In this document: positions 33,525-41,010 of the stretch, piece by piece
Position numbering within the stretch: the stretch's first letter is position 1
Layout of the letters: each line of letters opens with the position of its first letter
Source: Patescibacteria group bacterium
Lineage (GTDB): Bacteria; Patescibacteriota; Patescibacteriia; UBA1558; S5-K13
Direction: 5' to 3'
Length of the DNA stretch: 64,000 nt
NCBI GenBank assembly: GCA_028692545.1
Contig: JAQUXC010000001.1
Span: 1,365 to 65,364 of the forward strand
Notes under the pieces: generated by a model
The model's database searches: none
Told to the model about the DNA's origin: nothing
What the model saw: only the letters and a program-made list of their open reading frames with translations
Made by a program: the position numbers and the translations under genes

Positions 33525-34493
33525 ATGGATATATTATCTGGCTATCCAAAAGAAGAAGTCGCTTTTATACTTGGCTATAATGGACTCAAAATAGGTCATG
33601 AAAAAGAATTTAGATATGATATTTTAGCTAAAATAATTAGTGTTTATAAATTACTAAAAGAACATAAAGATGAGATAAGAGAGATTATTAAGACAAGCCC
33701 AGAAAGAGAAAATTATGATCCAAAATCTATAATAAGAGATTCAGATAGGTACATTAAAGATCTAAGTGTATTTTTGGGATCTTTAGAAGGACTAAGTGAA
33801 GAATACAAACAGATGCTTATTCAACTTTCTGAATTAGAAATAAAAGAGCCTCATCAAAAAGAGCAAATAGCAATATTGAAAAAGTCTATAAAAGAATATT
33901 TAAAAACAAATCCTAACGATAATAATACAAAAATTAATTTGAATAAATTCAAGGGTGCTGGATTATTTCAGTGGGAGCAAAGATATATTTTGAATTCATA
34001 TTCTGGTATAGCAAAACAAATAAAGAACAAAAAATGGTATGATGATTCAAAATTTCCAGAGTTTTATTATATACAAGATGCTGGAAAAAGTTTTGGTGTC
34101 AAAGATGAAGACAATGATTATTTTGATTTTAGGGAATTTTATTCTTCTTATAAAGAGGATATTAGTCCAGAAGATTTAAATCAAATAGTGTCAAAAAGCG
34201 GTTGGCAATCTTTTGCAACGTTTTTTGCATTAAATAGAGAAACACAGACTAAATATTTTAATAGTCAAATAAAACCACTTTTAGAAAATTATTATTTGGC
34301 GACATCTATTAATAAGAATCAAGCTATTGAGAGATACAAAAAAGATTCTAAAAATTTTTCTACTTTTTTCGATGTGATATTATTTATACAAAAAAATATA
34401 ATTTCAAAATCTTATTATGACTCAGCTCACGGAGACAAGAATTTTATAGATAATAGAAATAGTTATGATTTTGATGGAGAAATTTTATTATAA
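33525..34493 (+). CDS. Hypothetical protein (322 aa), co-operonic with upstream
   Basis: 14-nt gap from upstream ORF; no motifs recognised. Confidence 0.5.
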   Translation: MDILSGYPKEEVAFILGYNGLKIGHEKEFRYDILAKIISVYKLLKEHKDEIREIIKTSPERENYDPKSIIRDSDRYIKDLSVFLGSLEGLSEEYKQMLIQLSELEIKEPHQKEQIAILKKSIKEYLKTNPNDNNTKINLNKFKGAGLFQWEQRYILNSYSGIAKQIKNKKWYDDSKFPEFYYIQDAGKSFGVKDEDNDYFDFREFYSSYKEDISPEDLNQIVSKSGWQSFATFFALNRETQTKYFNSQIKPLLENYYLATSINKNQAIERYKKDSKNFSTFFDVILFIQKNIISKSYYDSAHGDKNFIDNRNSYDFDGEILL

Positions 34494-34514
34494 TTTTGAA
34501 TTGTGAATAAAAAT

Positions 34515-34548
34515 AAAAACCGCCTCGCTAAGTGAGGCGGTTTTTATA
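34515..34548. terminator. Bidirectional hairpin terminator
   Basis: AAAAACCGCCTCGCTAAGTGAGGCGGTTTTT. Confidence 0.75.
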
Positions 34549-34557
34549 AAGATTATT

Positions 34558-35310
34558 TTATTCTTTTGCGTTTTTCCAAACTATTTCAAATATAGATTTT
34601 TGGGTTTTGTATATTTCTTCGTTTTCTATAATTACGCCTATTAATTTTTTGTCAGAAAAAGTCATAAAAGAAACTTTGTTGTCATAAATTTCCATTTCAA
34701 GATACATTGGATATTCTTTTCCATCGATGTATCTGAGTTCTGTAACTTCTTTATCATAATCTTTCATATAATCTCTTGCATATGGAGTATCTGCAAGTAT
34801 AGCACGTTTATAAATTTTTAATTCTTTTCTTTTTGTAATGTATTTGTCATTTGCACGTCCCATGTATTTTTCCATTCCATAAATATCAGCATAGGTTACG
34901 ATTTCTGTTTTTGAAGACAGAGAATCATTGAGGGTTTTTGCAAGTCCGTCTTTTCCTTCATATATTCTTACTCCTGGCTGATTTGAAACAAGGTTAAAGC
35001 TTGATAGTAGCATTGGCATCTGGGAATCAAGAGAAATTTCGGCTTTTTTTACTTCTCTTTCTCTGTTCTCTATATATTCCCTTAGTTTATCTGGGTGATT
35101 TGGGGAAAAAGAGAGGATTTTATTGGTTTTTCCTTGTTTTATAAGTCCTTTTTTTACTAAATCTGATAAGGCATTGTATATAACACCTCTTTTTAATGGG
35201 GTTTTTTTGATAATATCACCTGCTAGTGACTTGCCATTTATAAGCAAATGTTCATATACAATGGCCTCATTTTGAGATAATCCTAACTCTATTAATAGAT
35301 CTTTGTGCAT
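34558..35310 (-). CDS. TrmB-family transcriptional regulator
   Basis: N-terminal winged-helix LGLSQNEAIVYEHLL...LSDLVKKGLI; C-terminal TrmB-like domain length. Confidence 0.65.
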   Translation of the reverse strand: MHKDLLIELGLSQNEAIVYEHLLINGKSLAGDIIKKTPLKRGVIYNALSDLVKKGLIKQGKTNKILSFSPNHPDKLREYIENREREVKKAEISLDSQMPMLLSSFNLVSNQPGVRIYEGKDGLAKTLNDSLSSKTEIVTYADIYGMEKYMGRANDKYITKRKELKIYKRAILADTPYARDYMKDYDKEVTELRYIDGKEYPMYLEMEIYDNKVSFMTFSDKKLIGVIIENEEIYKTQKSIFEIVWKNAKE

Positions 35311-35573
35311 ATGTTTTTGAGTTATCCACAGCTCATATTTAGAGCTATATTTGGAATAATTATTTAAATCTTTACAAAACCCCTTATTTATTGGGTTATG
35401 TTGATATTATACTATTATTTGAAAATAATATCAATTTTATTTGACAAATTTGTAAATAAATTTTATAAGAATATGTTATACAAATATGACAATAATTATA
35501 TATTATAAAAGATAATATAATATAGTAAATATAGGCATTTTATTGTATATTTATATATTACTTATCATAAGTA

Positions 35574-35608
35574 CTTGACAAGTCATTATAGATATGCTAT
35601 GATGATTA
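35574..35608 (+). promoter_or_regulatory. Consensus sigma70-type promoter TTGACA-17-TATGAT
   Basis: Perfect -35 and near-perfect -10 with 17-nt spacer at the left edge of the GC-elevated segment. Confidence 0.55.
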
Positions 35609-35611
35609 ATC

Positions 35612-36216
35612 AAGCTAAAGAAACAAAAAAATAGCTTGAGAAAGAAAGAACTTTAAAAAACTACATAAAAGCCATCTTAATAAACCAAGTGTTTAAAAAG
35701 ATGGTGCAAATAAGCTGATGTTAAGAAATCCTTCAATGCTTGTAAGGGTTTCTAACTAGCTTGTTCGTAGGATGAGGAGATTCCAAAAATGGAGTTAAAC
35801 ACTGATCGAGTTTCGCGAACAAACTTGATAACAGTGTCCTTTCAAGTAAGCCTTGTGTCTTCCCGAATTCTTATAAAAAGAGTCGAAGATCACTGAAAGA
35901 AAGCCACATCACCCGAAATCTTTTTAAGGAGATCGGCTGGGAAGTAAGGAATTAACCACTCTTTGCTCTCAGGAATTTCCTTACAAAGAGTCCCGGGTAA
36001 TAATTCGGGACTTTGTGTTAAAAAATAGACCTTCGAGGTTTTTGAACCTCGAAGGTCTGGGGAAAAATAGTTCTTTGAAAATTCATGTTATGTTATTCAC
36101 CGCTTTTTCTGATTATTGGATTAGTCATAAGAAGCGGTGAATAACCAGTATCTCTATTGTCTCTAACCACTTACTATTTGAAAGAGTAGAAGTTAAGGTG
36201 AGGCAAGGGAGGAGAT
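35612..36216 (+). ncRNA. ~600-nt structured leader/possible ncRNA preceding ORF 36217
   Basis: GC-elevated, multiple stable hairpins (e.g. GACCTTCGAGG...CCTCGAAGGTC at 36040-36070), no long ORF; downstream of consensus promoter. Confidence 0.35.
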
Positions 36217-36915
36217 ATGAAAAATATTTATTCAACAGTACTTTTTCTGGACAGTCGGTCCAGAGAAATATTTCCGGAGTTTGGGTCTATGACTCAAACT
36301 CTGGAGGGGTTAATTTTTCGACTGGGGATTAAATCTCCGGTTGAGGCTAGGGATTTTTTCCCTAACATCCGGGATGGAGCATTCATTTGTCCTTTCCCAA
36401 CTTTTATACCCCTAGAGGGGTATAATGCCCAGTCTTCGGCCGGGTTTGTAAGGATCGTTGGAGTTAGTTACTCCAACGCAACTCTTCTCGGGGGAATTTT
36501 TTCCGCCGGGAAGGGGTTATTCAAAACAAAGGAGTCCCTTCAGGGACTCCTTCTACCCCCGGAAACCTTATTCCGGTGGGCTGAAACCCATAAAAATCTT
36601 AATTGCAATACGGCAGATGCCGTGTTGGAAGGCTTGTATGCTCGTCAAGGGCATATGGGTCTTTATATAGTGGAGGGTCAGAGCAATTATGCTCGGGCCC
36701 TATACATCCAGCCTCCCAAGGGCTGGAGAGGAGAAATAATTACTTTTCCCTGGGAACACCGGACTGATATATTTGGTCCTGTTCCAACCGAGGTCACTCA
36801 GGAGGACCTACAACCCTCCGAGTCTCCAGACCTCACCTCCTCATCAGAACAAGAATGTCCTCCCGAGGAAGAGGTTTTGGAATTCGAAGTTCCAGAGATC
36901 CTCGTTGAGGATTAA
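36217..36915 (+). CDS. Hypothetical Pro/Gly-rich protein with acidic C-terminal tail (232 aa)
   Basis: SD GGGAGGAG 6 nt upstream; GC and amino-acid composition very different from neighbours. Confidence 0.55.
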   Translation: MKNIYSTVLFLDSRSREIFPEFGSMTQTLEGLIFRLGIKSPVEARDFFPNIRDGAFICPFPTFIPLEGYNAQSSAGFVRIVGVSYSNATLLGGIFSAGKGLFKTKESLQGLLLPPETLFRWAETHKNLNCNTADAVLEGLYARQGHMGLYIVEGQSNYARALYIQPPKGWRGEIITFPWEHRTDIFGPVPTEVTQEDLQPSESPDLTSSSEQECPPEEEVLEFEVPEILVED

Positions 36916-37052
36916 TTCCGGAAAAGTCAGTTTGTAAATTCTGACTTAAAACAAAAATTTATATGCGGTTATGGGAAGCGTGTTTGGTTACCGCTTCCCT
37001 CCTTTAATCAAATTGTTATTGAAAAATAATGGTTTGATATTGAGGATTATAA

Positions 37053-37087
37053 AAATCAACCTCCGAGGTTTTTAAACCTCGGAGGTT
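37053..37087 (+). repeat. Hairpin copy 2 (TCAACCTCCGAGG-TTTTTAAA-CCTCGGAGGTTGA), homologous to hairpin at 36040-36070
   Basis: Same loop, stem differs by compensatory T:A to C:G change. Confidence 0.6.
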
Positions 37088-37325
37088 GATAGATAGCTCT
37101 TTAACAAAATCTTAATAATATTTATTTGGCGCAGAACTTATTATTTATTATGTTCGCGCAAATAAATGATAATCCTATTTTATTTTAGGATAGTTTTATT
37201 ATGCAGAACTTATAGGACTTTTATATCTAATAATTTTTATACTTGGTCGTATAATTATTGTTGAATACAAAGGGCTTCTGCGTCGAAACAAATATTATTA
37301 AGAAAAAATTATCCATGGAGGAAAA

Positions 37326-37577
37326 ATGAAAAATCTATATCGTCAGGAGTGGGTGGAATCCAATCGCGACATGGGATGTCAGTGTGACGGATATTCTCTT
37401 CATTTAAGCAAAGAGGATGCTGCGGAATTTATTGGGGCATATTGGGACAATATGCCCGACAATGCCCCACAGACCTATTCACGCCCAGAAGGCGTGCCAC
37501 AACTTATTGAGGTTGATGAAGAAATCTATACCAAGATTTCAAAATCAAAATTTGGCGTTCGATTTTGGGAGCGCTAA
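37326..37577 (+). CDS. Hypothetical protein (83 aa)
   Basis: SD GGAGGA 7 nt upstream. Confidence 0.5.
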   Translation: MKNLYRQEWVESNRDMGCQCDGYSLHLSKEDAAEFIGAYWDNMPDNAPQTYSRPEGVPQLIEVDEEIYTKISKSKFGVRFWER

Positions 37578-37595
37578 AAATCAAAAGGAGGAAAA

Positions 37596-37886
37596 ATGCA
37601 AAGAATTTTCTTTTTTCTGGGAGAGTTGAAGTTTCAGCTTTCTCAAGTCCCACTCTTAGTGACATACGTTATCATTACTATGATAGCGGTGCCAATGTCA
37701 TTTCCCCCTTGCATGTTGGTTCAGGGGATTTCTCTTACTTCAATTGGAGTTGAGGAATGGCAAAAAATTTTGTCATTTTTTATTCAATTTGAAGTTTCTT
37801 GTTTATTTTTACTAATACTCTGGCTTGTTTGGAGTATAGTAAAGACAATTAAATCTCTCAAACAGATGAATTCTGCGAGAGAGTGA
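37596..37886 (+). CDS. Hypothetical small membrane protein (96 aa, 2-3 TM)
   Basis: SD AAGGAGG 6 nt upstream; hydrophobic segments. Confidence 0.5.
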   Translation: MQRIFFFLGELKFQLSQVPLLVTYVIITMIAVPMSFPPCMLVQGISLTSIGVEEWQKILSFFIQFEVSCLFLLILWLVWSIVKTIKSLKQMNSARE

Positions 37887-37912
37887 ATTTACAAGAACTA
37901 AAAGGAGGAAAG

Positions 37913-38026
37913 ATGAAATCAATTAAAAGCTCTGATAATACAATCAGGGCTTTTTACTTTAATAAATTTTTAATTGACAATATCATTGTTATATGTTATA
38001 ATTTTATAGTTCAATTAGTCCTTTAA
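37913..38026 (+). CDS. Possible small ORF (37 aa)
   Basis: SD AAGGAGG 6 nt upstream of ATG; below ORF-track cutoff. Confidence 0.3.
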   Translation: MKSIKSSDNTIRAFYFNKFLIDNIIVICYNFIVQLVL

Positions 38027-38132
38027 TAATTGAAAAGTGACGGCCGATGTCACTATAAATAAAGATTGGGGAAAATCCTACCAGAAAGGGTAAAAAATAC
38101 GCCCGCGACTTTGGGTAAAAAAGGAGGATACA

Positions 38133-38906
38133 ATGAAAGGTATCCAAAATAGTCAGAAATTCTCGTTAGAGAAATTTCAATCCCATAACTTAAAGGTTTC
38201 GATGGAACAAATAATTGGCCTTAATAATGGTCAATGTGTCGCAATATTCTATCATAAACCTTACTACTCACGGCCTAGTTACAATGTAGCCCAGTCTGAT
38301 CAAGATATTCATCAACTTTATGAGGGTCAGACTACCCAACACACGGGAACAGTAAGAAACGAAGTTTTGGTAATAAAAGAGATTGCCAAAAAGATTGTGT
38401 TGACTGAAGACAAGATATATTGCGGTTCTATAACTGGACTCGCGACGCTTATTGATGTATTTCAGAAGCAGTCCGGGGAGTTTTTTATTGAGGATAATCT
38501 GTGGACCAGTTGGAACAATTCTCAAGAATGGAATGAATCAATAAAGGATTTTTCCTTTAGAAGATTTGAGGTGGGGTCTGGTACGGAACTAGACAAGTAT
38601 AACCAAATGGGCATAGAAAAAATGGAGGAACGGAAAAATTTTTTCCAAAAGACTATGTCTGATGCTATTTCATTGGGAATATCCAAAGATAGAGCTCTTC
38701 AAATCGTGACGAATAATAATGTCACGGTTTTAGAAGCAGTTACTCAATTGGTATTCAAGGATGTTCCTAAAAAGGACGCTCGGAAAATAGCAAATAAAGC
38801 AAGTGCATGGAGCTATGCACAAGTGATTCTTGGGTATGATCCCAAGATCATAACTGGAAAATTCGAAAATTTAATTTCTGCGTGCCGAGAGTACGCAAAT
38901 TTATAA
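38133..38906 (+). CDS. Hypothetical protein (257 aa) with possible UBA-like helical segment
   Basis: SD AAGGAGG 6 nt upstream; segment LGISKDRALQIVTNNNVTVLEAVTQLV resembles UBA/EF-Ts N-terminal-type helical bundle (weak). Confidence 0.5.
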   Translation: MKGIQNSQKFSLEKFQSHNLKVSMEQIIGLNNGQCVAIFYHKPYYSRPSYNVAQSDQDIHQLYEGQTTQHTGTVRNEVLVIKEIAKKIVLTEDKIYCGSITGLATLIDVFQKQSGEFFIEDNLWTSWNNSQEWNESIKDFSFRRFEVGSGTELDKYNQMGIEKMEERKNFFQKTMSDAISLGISKDRALQIVTNNNVTVLEAVTQLVFKDVPKKDARKIANKASAWSYAQVILGYDPKIITGKFENLISACREYANL

Positions 38907-39062
38907 TAATATTATTCTGGGGATATGTATCACCTATACAATATTGATACACTTCCCCTTTTTTATTCCAAAAAATTTTTAATTTATAATTAAAATTGCC
39001 TTTCAAATTATAATTTGATATATTTGTATATGATTTACTTAATTTATTATTAATATTTTTTT

Positions 39063-40046
39063 ATGTTAAAAACTGCAGTTATTGGTCCTGGAAGATGGGG
39101 TACTACAAATGCTTGGATATTATCTGATATTAGTGAAAAGGTTTATGTATTTGGTGAAAGTGATGACAAAGATTTGATAAATTTAAAAGAAAAAAGAGAA
39201 AATGATTATATAAAATTGAAAGACAATATAGCATTGTCATCTGATATAAATGAAGTCCTAAATTATGCAAGTGATTTTGTCTGTGTTGTAATAAACGGAC
39301 AAAATACAAGAGAATTTTTTGAAAAATACAAAAATGAATTTTTAAATTACAAAGGTGATGTAGTATTGATGATGAAATCTCTTGAAAAAGAAACTGGCAT
39401 GAGACTTTCCAAAATTTATGAAGAAGTCACAGGACGTAGCGACAATTTGGCAGTTTTGGTTGGCCCTGCTCATCCACAAGATTTGGTAAATGGACTTCCA
39501 ACTGCAATGGTTGTCTCAGGTACAAATCAAGAAGTAATAAATCGTATTGAAATGAAATTCAATCATCCGCTTTATAGATTGTATTGGAATGAAGATTTAA
39601 TAGGAGTAGAAATTGGTGCAGCACTAAAAAATACAATTGGTATTATGGCTGGAATTTTGTCAGGACTTAACATGGAACCATGTTATGGAATTCTTATAAC
39701 TCGTGGTCCAATAGAAGTTTCAAAAATTATAAAAGCACATGGAGGAGAATTTCATACCCCATTTGGACTTTCGCATTTAGGCGATTATGCTGCGACTGTT
39801 TTTTCTCATTATAGTTTTAATTTTCAATATGGAAAAACATTTGCAATGGGAGAAGATTGGGATAAGAGCAAGGTCGCAGAAGGATCTGAGACTATTTTAG
39901 CAGTAAAAGAATTAACCGGAGATTTCAAAAAAATAGATGCTCCAATTCACAGAGCACTTTATAATATTTTGTATAATAGTGGAGATGTAAAAAAAGAATT
40001 GAGAGTATTGTTTGAAAAATCCAAAAGACATGAGTTTTGGGATTGA
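39063..40046 (+). CDS. gpsA: NAD(P)H-dependent glycerol-3-phosphate dehydrogenase
   Basis: N-terminal VIGPGRWGTTNA Rossmann motif, length and C-terminal domain pattern of GpsA. Confidence 0.75.
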   Translation: MLKTAVIGPGRWGTTNAWILSDISEKVYVFGESDDKDLINLKEKRENDYIKLKDNIALSSDINEVLNYASDFVCVVINGQNTREFFEKYKNEFLNYKGDVVLMMKSLEKETGMRLSKIYEEVTGRSDNLAVLVGPAHPQDLVNGLPTAMVVSGTNQEVINRIEMKFNHPLYRLYWNEDLIGVEIGAALKNTIGIMAGILSGLNMEPCYGILITRGPIEVSKIIKAHGGEFHTPFGLSHLGDYAATVFSHYSFNFQYGKTFAMGEDWDKSKVAEGSETILAVKELTGDFKKIDAPIHRALYNILYNSGDVKKELRVLFEKSKRHEFWD

Positions 40047-40056
40047 TATTTTTAAA

Positions 40057-40092
40057 ATAAAAAGAAAAGCCAGATTTTAGAAACCTGGCTTT
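40057..40092. terminator. Bidirectional hairpin terminator
   Basis: AAAAGCCAGATTTTAGAAACCTGGCTTTTTTTG. Confidence 0.7.
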
Positions 40093-40120
40093 TTTTGTTG
40101 ATTTGTTTGGTTTATATTGT

Positions 40121-40510
40121 CTAGGGTGATGCAGGAGTATCTGTAGGAATTGTTACATTGGTTTTGTGGTTGTGACATCCTTTTCTTCTGCAGACCATTA
40201 CACTTCCAAATGTATCGTGTTTACCGATAGATTTAAACATTGCAATAGGTGATCCACATGATATGCAATTTTTCCAAAAGTTTGGAATTATTGTTTTGCA
40301 GTGTGGGCAAAACAATTCAACAATTGTACTATTAGGAATTTCTTTTCGAGATATATTTTCAAAGTTACCCCAAATTGCAGATAAATTTAGAAGTGTTTCT
40401 TCTTCATTGAATTTGGCGATGACTTCAATAGTTTCTTGTCCTTGTATCAGGATTTCATTTGTGTTGAGATCCTTTCCACAAGTACTGCAGACGAGTTTTA
40501 CTATTTTCAT
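40121..40510 (-). CDS. Zn-ribbon protein (multiple CxxC pairs)
   Basis: CSTCGK...CPHCK...CISCG...C..KGC; SD AAGGAGG upstream. Confidence 0.55.
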   Translation of the reverse strand: MKIVKLVCSTCGKDLNTNEILIQGQETIEVIAKFNEEETLLNLSAIWGNFENISRKEIPNSTIVELFCPHCKTIIPNFWKNCISCGSPIAMFKSIGKHDTFGSVMVCRRKGCHNHKTNVTIPTDTPASP

Positions 40511-40519
40511 TGTTCCTCC

Positions 40520-40798
40520 TTAACATTTTTTTGTCGTTCTGATTTTGAACTCTTCGCCACTTACAGCACATTTGATAGATGTGAGTGGTTTATTACAATA
40601 TTGACACCGTGGTATAGATTTTAGAACGAGTCCGTTGTTTTTGAGAATTTTTTGTGTTAGGTTTTCGACGGATGTTGTTCTTGATCCATTTCCGATCTGA
40701 GTTCTAAATTTTCCACTCAGTTTGTTGTTGAAGTTTGCGGTGAAGAGTGCTCTTCCACATTTTGGACACATTGGAAGAATATTTTTTTGATCTGGCAT
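40520..40798 (-). CDS. Zn-ribbon protein (CPKCG...CQYC)
   Basis: Two CxxC pairs; SD GGAGG upstream; co-directional 9 nt from downstream Zn-ribbon gene. Confidence 0.55.
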   Translation of the reverse strand: MPDQKNILPMCPKCGRALFTANFNNKLSGKFRTQIGNGSRTTSVENLTQKILKNNGLVLKSIPRCQYCNKPLTSIKCAVSGEEFKIRTTKKC

Positions 40799-40841
40799 TT
40801 TACCTCCTACGGTATGTTGTTTTTTATAATTAAAAACCTCG

Positions 40842-40907
40842 GTTTAATACCGAGACTATAATTTTATATTTTGTATATTTATTAAATAAAATTATGCTCG
40901 GCAACCG
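40842..40907. promoter_or_regulatory. Two CTCGG-N-CCGAG palindromes upstream of Zn-ribbon operon
   Basis: CCTCGGTTTAATACCGAG and GCTCGGCAACCGAGAG in AT-rich promoter region. Confidence 0.4.
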
Positions 40908-41010
40908 AGAGTATAATCAAGGATATAATAATAAACAACTTATTTATTTTTTGTACCCTATATTTTTGTAGTTTTATCTTTCTCATAAAGTAAATATTAT
41001 ACTTGAGTTT

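Noticed and set aside
35612-36216. RNase P RNA, tmRNA or SRP RNA in the 600-nt leader of the GC-elevated segment
   Set aside because: None of the universal blocks (GGAAAGTCCGGGC / ACAGAAnCCGGCTTA for RNase P; tRNA-Ala-like ends plus tag ORF for tmRNA) are present.
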